Source: an uncultured virus (IMG/VR IMGVR_UViG_3300010430_000021)
Lineage: Duplodnaviria; Heunggongvirae; Uroviricota; Caudoviricetes
Strand: one strand, 5' to 3'
Length of the DNA: 64,000 nucleotides
Virus record (IMG/VR): IMGVR_UViG_3300010430_000021
Shown: in pieces, positions 9,789-18,716 of the stretch
Numbering within the stretch: position 1 is the first letter of the stretch
How the letters are laid out: every line of letters begins with the position of its first letter
Position numbers and translations under genes: made by a program
Notes under the pieces: model-generated
Told to the model about the DNA's origin: nothing
Database searches by the model: none
Seen by the model: the letters and a program-made list of their open reading frames with translations, nothing else

Positions 9789-10034
9789 CTATTCAGCTTC
9801 TTCGGTAGGCGCGGGAAGTGCCTTGGGAGTAGCGCCCCCCTCGACTTCCGCTTTGCCCTTACCATGGTCAGAGATTCCCTGGCCAAAGATGTAGACCCAA
9901 AGCGGGGCGACCACGCCAGCGACGTGCTCAGTTTCCATGTCGAGCCCGGCCTTGGCCACGCCCCACACAACGGCAGAGATGAAGGCCATCATGGCCTTTT
10001 TTGAGCTCAAAAGGCCCTTGGTTGCTTTCCACAT
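9789..10034 (-). CDS. Putative holin
   Basis: Small 2-TM protein SKKAMMAFISAVVW...LWVYIFGQGISD with charged tail, upstream of the spanins. Confidence 0.65.
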   Translation of the reverse strand: MWKATKGLLSSKKAMMAFISAVVWGVAKAGLDMETEHVAGVVAPLWVYIFGQGISDHGKGKAEVEGGATPKALPAPTEEAE

Positions 10035-10111
10035 GCCCCGAGTATGCCCCGAGAATCCTGGCAAAGTCCAATCAGGGGCCCTTACCCTTGCTTCCGGGAC
10101 CTTGGAGCCCT

Positions 10112-10450
10112 TCAAACGCGACCCACAGCAGCCAAGACGGTCGCTCGAGCTTCGCTCCGCGCCTGCTTGTTCTTGCCCTTGGTCGCGAGTAGGTATTCCC
10201 GGGTGAGCCCCTTCTGCTCGTCGCGGCCCAGTCGCACGATCTCACGCACCAGATCGAACGGGACATCGCCACGCGACCACGCCGCGATGAGCATCGCCGC
10301 ACCATCGCGCTCGATCTTCTTGAGGATGCTCACGTATGCCTTGGACCGTCCGATCTCTTTCGCGATGTCGCTGAGAGATCCACGCTTGCCCACGATGAAA
10401 ACGCACAACTCATAGGGAGTCATGCGCTTTGGGTCTGTCGTTTCGTTCAT
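10112..10450 (-). CDS. Helix-turn-helix DNA-binding protein (ParB C-terminal-like)
   Basis: SLSDIAKEIGRSKAYVSIL HTH. Confidence 0.7.
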   Translation of the reverse strand: MNETTDPKRMTPYELCVFIVGKRGSLSDIAKEIGRSKAYVSILKKIERDGAAMLIAAWSRGDVPFDLVREIVRLGRDEQKGLTREYLLATKGKNKQARSEARATVLAAVGRV

Positions 10451-10704
10451 AGGATTACCAGATCTTCGAGGTTACACCCCAAAGACTCGGCAACGCCATT
10501 GAACCAACCAAGGAACCATTGCAGCTCCGCGTCGGCGTCGGCCTTGGGCCACTTCTCCAAATCGTCGAGGCATGTCTGCCACTCTTCCTTTGGCACCTTG
10601 CATTGCTTGAGCAGTTCTCTTATCGCCACGCTGTAGAGCTTGATGCCCTCCATCGTGCAGGAGTTCAGTTTTAGAGCGGGCTTCTTTCGTGGTTTCATTC
10701 CCAT
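10447..10704 (-). CDS. Hypothetical early protein (MGMKPRKKP...)
   Basis: ATGA-coupled ORF. Confidence 0.65.
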   Translation of the reverse strand: MGMKPRKKPALKLNSCTMEGIKLYSVAIRELLKQCKVPKEEWQTCLDDLEKWPKADADAELQWFLGWFNGVAESLGCNLEDLVIL

Positions 10705-10711
10705 ATCAGTT

Positions 10712-11467
10712 CTATCCTTGTCGGTTGTTGTCGTGTCGGTAGTAATCGGCGCAAGCCTTCGAGCAGAACGCCCGCTCGTCGTCGATGGTTACAGTGTGAT
10801 CGTCGGTGCTGTGATTGCATTGGTGGCAGAACATGATTGCTTTGCCAGCGTGAGCACCACAAGCACAGTGTTTGTCGTGAACGTCGCCTGCTTCTTCGTC
10901 GGTCTCGAAGATTCCGCAATCCATACAAGCCTCGATCTCTTCGCGGTCTTCGCCGATGTTGAAGTGAGCCCAACCGCGGCACCCGGGATTGCATCTCCCT
11001 TCGGCCTCGGCCTTGGCCCATTCTTCCGCGGTGAACTCGTCGCTGGGATCTTTACCGCGCAAATACGCGAGCGAATCACGCGCGTTCACGGAATCAAGCA
11101 CTGCTTGTAAATCCTTGGCATATACAGGACCATGAACTAAATCACAGGTCGCGATTAGTGCCTCGATTTCTGATCTTAACTCCTCTGCTTCTTTGCCTAA
11201 TGGTGGCTTGATAGGGTCTTCGGCGTCGAAGTAGATCGCAACCTCGTAGAAGTCGAGAAGCTCCAAGACTTCCATCCCGTTGAACTCGGCAGCGCCTAGG
11301 AGGCGCCCCCACTGGTACGAGAGAAAGTTGCAGGTGTTATCCTGCAAGCGGTCGGCGTTCTTGATGAACTCGTGCAGGGCGTGAGGGTTCTCATCGTGTC
11401 CTGGTAGGGACTGGTAGATTTCATAGACCATCTCGGCCAATAGCTTGCGTTTATCTGTGTCTGTCAT
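10712..11467 (-). CDS. Hypothetical protein with Cys-rich zinc-binding C-terminus
   Basis: Multiple CxxC pairs (CNPGC, CMDC, CHQC, CSKAC). Confidence 0.7.
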   Translation of the reverse strand: MTDTDKRKLLAEMVYEIYQSLPGHDENPHALHEFIKNADRLQDNTCNFLSYQWGRLLGAAEFNGMEVLELLDFYEVAIYFDAEDPIKPPLGKEAEELRSEIEALIATCDLVHGPVYAKDLQAVLDSVNARDSLAYLRGKDPSDEFTAEEWAKAEAEGRCNPGCRGWAHFNIGEDREEIEACMDCGIFETDEEAGDVHDKHCACGAHAGKAIMFCHQCNHSTDDHTVTIDDERAFCSKACADYYRHDNNRQG

Positions 11468-11727
11468 TTGAGGATTATCCTTAGCATTGCAACGAGATGT
11501 TCAACGTCCTGCGACTCCATGACCGTCAAGATTTCGTCGTTCAACTCTCCGGGAAAGCGCCGCACGATTTCATAGAAGCCGTCGCGCTCCATATCGAGAA
11601 TGTAGTAGTCGCCGGGCGACATGTTGGGGCCACTCGCGGGCCCAAAGTGCCAAGCCTGAACACACCAATCAGCATTCAGGCCGCACCCGACGCCGTGACG
11701 GCTTAGGTATTCTTCTGGATCTAGCAT
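11464..11727 (-). CDS. Hypothetical early protein
   Basis: AGGAG RBS; ATGA coupling. Confidence 0.6.
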   Translation of the reverse strand: MLDPEEYLSRHGVGCGLNADWCVQAWHFGPASGPNMSPGDYYILDMERDGFYEIVRRFPGELNDEILTVMESQDVEHLVAMLRIILK

Positions 11728-11740
11728 CGCAGACTCCTAT

Positions 11741-12028
11741 CTAGGTGGCATACGGGATGATAGCGATCACGTAGTCGCCCTCATACCCTGGGATTTGAGT
11801 GAGACAGAAAGGGCCGTCGCCGTTGACACCATAAAGGGCGTCTAACTCTTCCTGAAACGAAGGATCGAGCGCTTGCTGCTCGGCTGGTTCGCCTTCTTTA
11901 CTGAAGCCCCCCACCACGCGAATAGCTATCGCGTGATAAGAAGTCCCGTATAAGCGAGCGCACCCGAGCATCGCGGAATTCTCGGGGGCGTCGTCGTCTT
12001 GTGTGTTGTCTTCCCAATCGTCAATCAT
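11741..12028 (-). CDS. Hypothetical early protein
   Basis: ATGA coupling to upstream ORF. Confidence 0.6.
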   Translation of the reverse strand: MIDDWEDNTQDDDAPENSAMLGCARLYGTSYHAIAIRVVGGFSKEGEPAEQQALDPSFQEELDALYGVNGDGPFCLTQIPGYEGDYVIAIIPYAT

Positions 12029-12321
12029 GGTTTGCAATACCCTTCGTGTCCTTCGTCTAGTGAACAAGTGACAAAACCCCCGAGCCTTTCCGGGCAGGGT
12101 TGCTTAATCGCTTCAATGGAATAGGGCGTGCCGTTCAAGTGCTCGCCCGCCCATTCGATCGCCTCGTCTTTGGTGTAGAACGCACCACGCGCCAAGACGC
12201 CAAACGGCCCCCCGGGCTGTGTGGGGTGCCATTCGGTACGGAAGCGCGGCCCCACGTAGGGGATTTTTACCGTCCATTCTCCTAGGCGTTTGTCGCGTTC
12301 GATTGGATCGCTCACAGCCAT
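12025..12321 (-). CDS. Hypothetical early protein
   Basis: Overlapping chain of small ORFs. Confidence 0.55.
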   Translation of the reverse strand: MAVSDPIERDKRLGEWTVKIPYVGPRFRTEWHPTQPGGPFGVLARGAFYTKDEAIEWAGEHLNGTPYSIEAIKQPCPERLGGFVTCSLDEGHEGYCKP

Positions 12322-12458
12322 CGTCCGTTCTTGTCGATGTAGCGGATCCAAGAGTCAACGCCCCACCCAGCGTGGGGGACCGGGGGAGGCGGGAAAGCGT
12401 ATTCGCCCGCCTTGTACTTCGCTCGCTTCTCTTCTTGTGTGAGTTCTTTCTCGCTCAT
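12312..12458 (-). CDS. Small hypothetical protein
   Basis: AGGAG RBS; ATGA coupling. Confidence 0.5.
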   Translation of the reverse strand: MSEKELTQEEKRAKYKAGEYAFPPPPVPHAGWGVDSWIRYIDKNGRWL

Positions 12459-12637
12459 GGTGTTTGCTTCTCCTGAATGGTTAGAATCTCCCAGCCGTCG
12501 CCGTCTGGGCCTTCGTAGAATCGCTCGCGGGCGTGTTCCTTGCTGTGCGCTTCCAACACGCACGAGAACACGGGACAGCCCGGATCGTTTTCGTCCTTGT
12601 ATCGGACGCGGTAAAACTTCCCGTTGATGCAACTCAC
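12455..12637 (-). CDS. Small hypothetical protein
   Basis: GTGA coupling. Confidence 0.5.
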   Translation of the reverse strand: MSCINGKFYRVRYKDENDPGCPVFSCVLEAHSKEHARERFYEGPDGDGWEILTIQEKQTP

Positions 12638-12897
12638 GACGCTAGCGCCGCGTCGAATGCTTCAAGCTCGCTCGGCGACAAACGGACGCGGATCGCCATC
12701 GTGAAGAGAAGACAAGGGACGGGATCCATCCCGTTAATCAACGCGGCGACCTTCGCCACGCGGCCTTGACCAATCAAAGAGCGGATCAAATGCGCCGCTT
12801 CTTCGGTAAGCTCGGGGATCGTCGCGTCGTCGGTGAGCTTCTCACCCTCGAAGCGTTCCCGAGTCCTTGCTAGTTCTTGCCGCTCGCTCTCAAGCAT
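12634..12897 (-). CDS. Hypothetical early protein
   Basis: GGAGG RBS before the ATG at 12897. Confidence 0.55.
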   Translation of the reverse strand: MLESERQELARTRERFEGEKLTDDATIPELTEEAAHLIRSLIGQGRVAKVAALINGMDPVPCLLFTMAIRVRLSPSELEAFDAALAS

Positions 12898-13225
12898 TGC
12901 CGCCTCCATTGTAGGAATGGGGGACGGCCATCGAGCCGCCCAGATAGTTGTATTCGCCGCTCGGTACCGTGATTGACACGACGTGCCCCCGGGGATCCCC
13001 GGAGAAGTCCGGGACGAAACCGGAGTAACAATCGCAAACCATGCGGATTCGCTTCTCTGCGCGTCGCCCTCGGCGCGCGTCTTCTTCGCTGATGTTCGCG
13101 TTGCACTGGTCAATCGCGAGCCGTTGCACGGTGGAAGCGTTGCGCATGATGCTTTTGGCGTCGCGCTCGCTCATGCCGTCGCGCACGCATACGCGCACAA
13201 AATCGTCTCGTGTGAGTTCTGCCAT
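12890..13225 (-). CDS. Hypothetical early protein
   Basis: Preceded by the conserved CCCGACA...AAAGGCCA leader. Confidence 0.65.
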   Translation of the reverse strand: MAELTRDDFVRVCVRDGMSERDAKSIMRNASTVQRLAIDQCNANISEEDARRGRRAEKRIRMVCDCYSGFVPDFSGDPRGHVVSITVPSGEYNYLGGSMAVPHSYNGGGNA

Positions 13226-13306
13226 CTGTTGGCCTTTCTTTGTCGGGTTGTTGTGAGCATAGGCGCCCAGTAGAACCCGCGAACGTTTCGCGGGCTCGCT
13301 GAGGGT

Positions 13307-13492
13307 CTAGGCCATGTCCCAGGCTTCCGCCGTGGTCGGGTGACTGTCTTGGTAATCGCGCCGCAGGTCGGCCAAGTAAGAATCCAAATCTTCCCGGTCA
13401 AGCTCGCGCAAGACGGACTCAGGCGGATCGTCTTCCCGGTCAAGCTCGCGCTGGTACCAAAGCACGGCTTGATGCGTTCCCAAGCGCGTCAT
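13307..13492 (-). CDS. Small acidic protein with duplicated RELDRED peptide
   Basis: 21-bp direct repeat TCTTCCCGGTCAAGCTCGCGC inside the ORF; ATGA coupling. Confidence 0.45.
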   Translation of the reverse strand: MTRLGTHQAVLWYQRELDREDDPPESVLRELDREDLDSYLADLRRDYQDSHPTTAEAWDMA

Positions 13493-13731
13493 TTGATGCA
13501 GCTCCAGCCTACCGACACCATGCGAGTAAGGGACAACGCGCCGAACTTGGCGCGGTTCGCCTCGCCGAGCGCATCCCAGACGCGGCACAACATGTTGGCG
13601 GTCATAGCGTCCACCAGCACCCCGTCGATCTCTTGCATGGAATGCTCCCGCACAATCTCACGACACGATGCGATGATTTCGGGGTCGCCTTCCTGGGGCG
13701 CTCCTAGTTCTTGGCGTTTTGCTTCGCTCAT
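13489..13731 (-). CDS. Hypothetical early protein
   Basis: In-operon ORF. Confidence 0.55.
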   Translation of the reverse strand: MSEAKRQELGAPQEGDPEIIASCREIVREHSMQEIDGVLVDAMTANMLCRVWDALGEANRAKFGALSLTRMVSVGWSCIK

Positions 13732-13789
13732 CCTACCCACCGAATCAGCAGCATAAGGAACTCACACCAGAGTTGATCGAGCCAGGCAA

Positions 13790-14503
13790 TCATGCTTGCC
13801 CCATCTCTGCGAGTTTGCGCCGCACGATGCCCGCAGAGTATCGGGCGTTATCTGTCAGTCGGCGCTGCCAAGCGCCGACACTGGGAGCCCAGCGAAAGCC
13901 GGAGCCCTTCAGAAGTTTGCGCACCTCTGCCGATGGCTTGCCATCGAACACGAAGCGAAGCCGGTTATCCTCTGCGCACTCTTCGAGCGTGTAGCCTTCT
14001 CCCTCGACGGTTTCAGCGGGCGCCGTTGCTGCCTTCACTTCTAGCGCCTTGATGCGCTCACGCACGCGGCGAATGTTGCCGCCTAGATTCGTGAGGACAT
14101 AGCGCGCGTGTGGCTCGCGGCCTTCCTTGCGGGCTTGCTTGTTCTCCGCTTTGATTTGCTCGCGCTGGCTCTCCATGCGCGCGAGCTTCTCCCCGAGCTT
14201 CGCCAGGGCGTCGGGGTCGTCGGAACTGATGCCGCCGCGGCCCACTGCCGCCGCTTTGCGCTCGTAGTGTTCCGCCTTTTTGTGGGCGTCGTGTGCCGCG
14301 TCGTGTGTCGCGTTGATGCGCTTGAGGTCGCGACGGTGGCGCGCTTCGCTGTGGTGGCCCACTAGAATCGGCTGGCCCATGGGAATCAGGCCGGAAGTCT
14401 TCCGGGCTTGCTCCAGTTTCGCCCGGGACTCTTCCCGGGCTTTCTCCGCTCGCGCTTCGTAGCGCTCGCGCTTCGCGGCTTGCTTCTCTTCGTATCGGTT
14501 CAT
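13790..14503 (-). CDS. DUF3560-like protein
   Basis: IPMGQPILVGHHSEARHRRD signature and C-terminal DNRLRFVFDGKP...GFRWAPSVGAWQR. Confidence 0.8.
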   Translation of the reverse strand: MNRYEEKQAAKRERYEARAEKAREESRAKLEQARKTSGLIPMGQPILVGHHSEARHRRDLKRINATHDAAHDAHKKAEHYERKAAAVGRGGISSDDPDALAKLGEKLARMESQREQIKAENKQARKEGREPHARYVLTNLGGNIRRVRERIKALEVKAATAPAETVEGEGYTLEECAEDNRLRFVFDGKPSAEVRKLLKGSGFRWAPSVGAWQRRLTDNARYSAGIVRRKLAEMGQA

Positions 14504-14548
14504 GATTGGCCTTTTTGTCGGGGTTGTAGGGCACAAAGCGCCCAAGAC

Positions 14549-14628
14549 GGCCCGCGAATCGGTGAGACTCGCGGGCCCTCTTGGAATCTATGACGCGCCG
14601 GGGGCGCGCGTTCTGACACGCGCGCCCC
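14549..14628. other. Two GC-rich inverted repeats (hairpins) in an intergenic spacer
   Basis: GGCCCGCGA/TCGCGGGCC (14549-14577) and GGGGCGCGCGT/ACGCGCGCCCC (14601-14628). Confidence 0.7.
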
Positions 14629-14634
14629 TGATTT

Positions 14635-15348
14635 CTATAGCCAGCCCTCGAAAAAATCGTGTGCTTTGGTCTGTCGGTCGATGCGTTGCACGGGGGCGCC
14701 TTTCTTGAGGCCCTCAGTCACGGCTTGATACAGGCCCCACAAATTGCGCTCGGCGAATTCTTCGTGGCGCGGGGTCTTCCAGTCTTGGAAGGCTACGCTC
14801 GCTTGTGTGGGCTTGAGAATGCCGCGGCCCTGTGCCACGCCTAGGAGCGCATAGCCGCGCTCTTCGCCGATGGGTAGCGCCTTCATGGCCTTATCGCTCT
14901 CTTGCATGGCCTCGAAGTGTCCGAGCGCGTTTTGTACGTGGGACGCGGCGAGCCGTTCAAAGTCGCGCCATGCGTTTGTGGTGTTCTTGCGTACCAGTTT
15001 CAGCGCCGCGCCTTGAAACTGTAGGTTGTCGCACACCATGATATGCTTGCCCGCGACGAGCCCGCCCGCCACGGTCTTATTGTAGGAGGAGCGGAGCCCG
15101 ATTGAGAGGAGATCCTTCTCACCTACATCTAGGGCCATTTCGCCGAACATCTGTTGGCCCTCTTTGTTGAGCGCGTACTGCTCGCGCACGATGGGGGCCC
15201 CGATCGTTTTGTCGATCAGGTGCTTAACGTAGCCCACCATTTTCGGGTAGGGCATGGGGCGATGGCTCCGCGTGTATTCGGGGACGGGTACCGCCGCCAA
15301 ATCGTCGAGGTTTGCCGCTTGAGATCCGCTCATCATGATAAGAGTCAT
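14635..15348 (-). CDS. DUF932-like protein
   Basis: IGLRSSYNKT...VCDNLQF...NLWGLYQAVTEGLK pattern. Confidence 0.75.
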   Translation of the reverse strand: MTLIMMSGSQAANLDDLAAVPVPEYTRSHRPMPYPKMVGYVKHLIDKTIGAPIVREQYALNKEGQQMFGEMALDVGEKDLLSIGLRSSYNKTVAGGLVAGKHIMVCDNLQFQGAALKLVRKNTTNAWRDFERLAASHVQNALGHFEAMQESDKAMKALPIGEERGYALLGVAQGRGILKPTQASVAFQDWKTPRHEEFAERNLWGLYQAVTEGLKKGAPVQRIDRQTKAHDFFEGWL

Positions 15349-15429
15349 ATTTTCTGGCCTTTTCTGTCGGGGTTGATTCGGCCCGAGAGAATCCCGGGCC
15401 CCCGCGGCCTTATCGGCCCCGGTGTCACC

Positions 15430-15459
15430 AGTATAAGATCAAAACGGCCACGCCGTGAA
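15430..15459 (-). promoter_or_regulatory. Putative sigma70-type promoter for the leftward early operon
   Basis: TTCACG-N18-TATACT on the minus strand, about 80 bp upstream of the 15348 start. Confidence 0.45.
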
Positions 15460-15569
15460 CCCCCAAAATCCTTTTATTTTCGAGACCGTGAACACCCCAA
15501 GAATTCCGCGAGTTTAGCGAAAACCTCGAGATTCCCGGGGACTCTCGCCAGATAGCGCCGGGACTCCCA

Positions 15570-15760
15570 CCGCGCCCACCGGGGACCGCCCCGGGGACTC
15601 TGCCCACCTCGACCGGGGGACCGCGACGCGCCCACCGGGGGACCGCGACGCGCCCACCGGGGGACCGCGGGACGCTCCGCAGCATCGCCGACCGGGGAAC
15701 CCGCCAGGACGCCCCAGGAACCCGCGCACCAGGACGGCCCGCACCAGGACGGCCCCGCCC
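15570..15760. repeat. GC-rich tandem repeats in the divergence region
   Basis: 22-bp ACCGGGGGACCGCGACGCGCCC about 2.5x (15612-15668) plus degenerate copies; 15-bp GCACCAGGACGGCCC x2 (15726-15755). Confidence 0.85.
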
Positions 15761-15882
15761 TTGTCCCGAAACGCCCCAAACTGAAAACCAGGGGAAAGCC
15801 TCGTAAAACCTCACAAAATGCCCGCAAAATCTCCATGGTAAGCCCGTGGTAAAGACCGTTTTTCTCAGCTACCTTCCGGGCC

Positions 15883-16263
15883 ATGAAGAAAATCACTGAT
15901 GGCTTTGAGCCCGCCGAGGGGCCAGCCGGAATGAACGCGCCGCCAGGCATTGCTTTGGGCACAGCACCCGAACCCGACTTTGCCGGGAGCGTGTGCTTGA
16001 AGGGGGAGGGCAATTGCGACTACCTGTGGATGATCGAAACGAGTTTCGCTCACGGGAACACGCAAGGGACCTTCGAGGAGGGCAAGGACCCTCGAGCCGT
16101 CTACCGATCGTGCCTTCGAGGGTCCGAGGAGATGGACCTCTCCGGGATGCGGGTCTTCGCCTGCAACCACCACAGCGATCCCGAGCAGCGCAGCAATCCG
16201 CGACCCTTCGTTTTTTCCAAAGACAAGCTGCCGCTCGTGCAGATCAACAAGAAAGACAAGTAG
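15883..16263 (+). CDS. Hypothetical Cys-containing protein
   Basis: First ORF of the rightward block. Confidence 0.65.
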   Translation: MKKITDGFEPAEGPAGMNAPPGIALGTAPEPDFAGSVCLKGEGNCDYLWMIETSFAHGNTQGTFEEGKDPRAVYRSCLRGSEEMDLSGMRVFACNHHSDPEQRSNPRPFVFSKDKLPLVQINKKDK

Positions 16264-16268
16264 AACCC

Positions 16269-16907
16269 ATGTCAAATCCAACCGAACAATCCACCAGCTT
16301 CCCAAAACTAGAGCGCTGCATCGCCGACATCAAGATCTGGCAGAAGGACGTTCGCGCAACGCCCGACGACAAGCTCGATCCCGCCGTCAAGAACCAGCTC
16401 GTCAACAACGTCGCGCCGTTCTTCTCGAGCTTGGTCACAGCCGTGAGCGAAGAGCTCGGAGAGCAGGCGGCCATTCTTGCAGACCAAGCAGACGGTCTCG
16501 ACATGCTCATCAACCAGGAGGGGGACATGCTCCAGCCTGAGATGGCGGGCAACCTCACGACCACGCTCATTCTGGGCATGGCAGTCATTGAGATTTTGAA
16601 GGTCGAGAACGTGAAGCTCTCGGACGACCTCAAGAACAAGAAGCTCCAAGATGCCATGAAGCACTACGAGCAAAACGCAACCATCATGCTCGACCAGATC
16701 GAGGCAGTCACACTAGAAGACGAGGAAGAAGATGACAACAACGACGACGGAAACGACGGAGACGAAGGTGGGCTTCATGGAGAAGGTGGAGACAGTGAAG
16801 AACATGACTCCAGCGGAGAAGGAAGCGTTAGCGATATTGCAGTCGCAGCCGGCGCAGACGGAGACGGAGACGGAGACGGAGACGACACCGACGCCGCCAC
16901 CGATTGA
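16269..16907 (+). CDS. Helical protein with very acidic C-terminal tail
   Basis: ATG 5 nt after the previous stop; D/E/G-rich tail. Confidence 0.7.
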   Translation: MSNPTEQSTSFPKLERCIADIKIWQKDVRATPDDKLDPAVKNQLVNNVAPFFSSLVTAVSEELGEQAAILADQADGLDMLINQEGDMLQPEMAGNLTTTLILGMAVIEILKVENVKLSDDLKNKKLQDAMKHYEQNATIMLDQIEAVTLEDEEEDDNNDDGNDGDEGGLHGEGGDSEEHDSSGEGSVSDIAVAAGADGDGDGDGDDTDAATD

Positions 16908-18678
16908 TCCAGAACCCGAAGTCGAGGAAGAGATCATCGAAGAGGTGGTCCCCGAAGCTGCACCCCCAAAGAAAGTGAAGGCAAAAATGCCAGTCATTGA
17001 ACGAGAAGCACCAGCGCCAACGCCACAAGCAATTTCCTCTATGCGGGAGGATGAGGCCGCAGACCTTCGATCGATGATCGAAGACATGGCCGCCGACAAG
17101 GGCTATGAAGTCCGCGTATACCGCACAAGCCCCAAGAAGTGGGTCAACCCCGATGGCAACACAGTAAGCATCGAAGGCTGGCAAGGCACTTTCGAGGAGT
17201 GGCAGACGGAAGAAGAGCTCAAGCAAATGTACGGAGGGGGAACCTTCCAACTGAAGATCTTCTCACCCGATGCAAAAGGCTCTCTGAGGTATTTCAAGAC
17301 CGCCTCAGTAAAAGTCTCAGGCTCCCCAAAGCACCCAGACATCATCAAAGAAGACGCGCTACCTCAGCCGCTCGACTTTGGGCATTCGATGCCCGCGGAG
17401 GACAACTCCCTTGGAGCGCAAGCGATGTCCACGATGCAGGCGTTGCTCGACAAGAAGCAAGAGAACACAGGGATGGACCCTGTGATGATCGAGCTCATCA
17501 CGGGACCGCTCAAAGCTCAGATCGAGTCCACCAACGCGACCATGCTCTCCTTGCAGCAAAGCATGGTCGAGAAAGACAGCAAGATTTTGGAACTCATCAC
17601 CCACAAGCCCGACACTTCTGAGAAGGACGGTCTTCTCAACAAGATGTTCGACACGGAAGCAAGCCGCTCGAATCATCTCCGCGCCACGCACGAGAGTGAG
17701 ATGCGGCAGATGCGAGAGAACGCTCGAGAGGACATCAAGCGTGCCGAAGATCGACACCGCGATGAGCTCCGCGACCGCACCGAGTCACACCGCCGAGAGA
17801 TTGACAGCTTGCAGCGGTCCAACGACAACATGATGGCCACGACCAAGATGGCCTACGAGTCCCAGATGCAGAGCCTCAAGGCTGAGATCACTCGGGCCCA
17901 GCTCGACCTCACCGAAGCTCGAGCGGAGCTCGGAGCTCTCAGGTTGAAGAAGGACAAGACTCTGATCGAGCAAGCGAGCGAATTGCAGCTCGTGGGCGAG
18001 TCATTAAAGAGTCTCGGAATCGGCGGGGCCAAAGACGACGACACCGACGATCGCAAGTGGTACGAGAAGCTCGTCGGCCAGGTTGTCGAGAACCCCGAGG
18101 GCGTTGCCCAAGTGGTCGGCATGGTCACGGGAGGGGGCAATCCAGCCCAACCGAACCCGCCACAGCAGTTCGCGCCGCCCCCGCAGCAACTCGAAGCGCC
18201 CGCGCCGCAAGCGCCGCAAGCGCCGCAAGCGCCACAGGAGGCCCAACAAGAGCGGGTCTACGACGTGGACGAGATTCCAATTGGCCAGCCGTTCCGCGGC
18301 GAAGACGGCGAGGTGTACGTCAAAGTGCCACCTGATGGGAGCATTGTGACTTACGCTCAGGCCGAGAAGATGGCACAGGAACTTGAGGCACAAGCTCAAG
18401 AAAATTCAGACGTTAAGAAGCCTTCCGAGACGGAAGTGAAGATGGCCATCTCCTTCATGGAGTCGGCGTTCACGGCGGGTACCGAGGCAGCTACATTTGC
18501 CGCTGGCGCGCGTTCTGCCATCCCTGGGGGCATTCTCGAGTATATCGAGAGTGTAGGTGTTGACACTTTCCTCAATGAAGTGGCAGTCTTGGACCAGAAT
18601 AGTCCACTGAGGAACCAAGCAGGCAGAACTTTCATGAGGGATGTCGCGAAGTTTCTTTTAGAGGGCATTCCGGGATAG
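16732..18678 (+). CDS. Large coiled-coil/low-complexity protein (possible scaffold or assembly factor)
   Basis: 648 aa, central heptad-rich region, Pro/Gln-rich linkers; no Walker A motif seen. Confidence 0.8.
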   Translation: MTTTTTETTETKVGFMEKVETVKNMTPAEKEALAILQSQPAQTETETETETTPTPPPIDPEPEVEEEIIEEVVPEAAPPKKVKAKMPVIEREAPAPTPQAISSMREDEAADLRSMIEDMAADKGYEVRVYRTSPKKWVNPDGNTVSIEGWQGTFEEWQTEEELKQMYGGGTFQLKIFSPDAKGSLRYFKTASVKVSGSPKHPDIIKEDALPQPLDFGHSMPAEDNSLGAQAMSTMQALLDKKQENTGMDPVMIELITGPLKAQIESTNATMLSLQQSMVEKDSKILELITHKPDTSEKDGLLNKMFDTEASRSNHLRATHESEMRQMRENAREDIKRAEDRHRDELRDRTESHRREIDSLQRSNDNMMATTKMAYESQMQSLKAEITRAQLDLTEARAELGALRLKKDKTLIEQASELQLVGESLKSLGIGGAKDDDTDDRKWYEKLVGQVVENPEGVAQVVGMVTGGGNPAQPNPPQQFAPPPQQLEAPAPQAPQAPQAPQEAQQERVYDVDEIPIGQPFRGEDGEVYVKVPPDGSIVTYAQAEKMAQELEAQAQENSDVKKPSETEVKMAISFMESAFTAGTEAATFAAGARSAIPGGILEYIESVGVDTFLNEVAVLDQNSPLRNQAGRTFMRDVAKFLLEGIPG

Positions 18679-18716
18679 ACTATCCTTCGACTCCTGCTCT
18701 CCGGTGGGACGTATGA

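Noticed and set aside
15570..15760. Possible CRISPR array
   Set aside because: Repeats are directly tandem with no unique spacers, and no cas genes are present
15425..16013. ORFs spanning the divergence region
   Set aside because: Low-complexity translations of the tandem repeats, overlapping the promoter region and ORF 15883
16732..18678. Tape measure protein or packaging ATPase
   Set aside because: No Walker A/B motifs and no tail-gene context; no packaging ATPase recognised anywhere in the window, so it may lie outside
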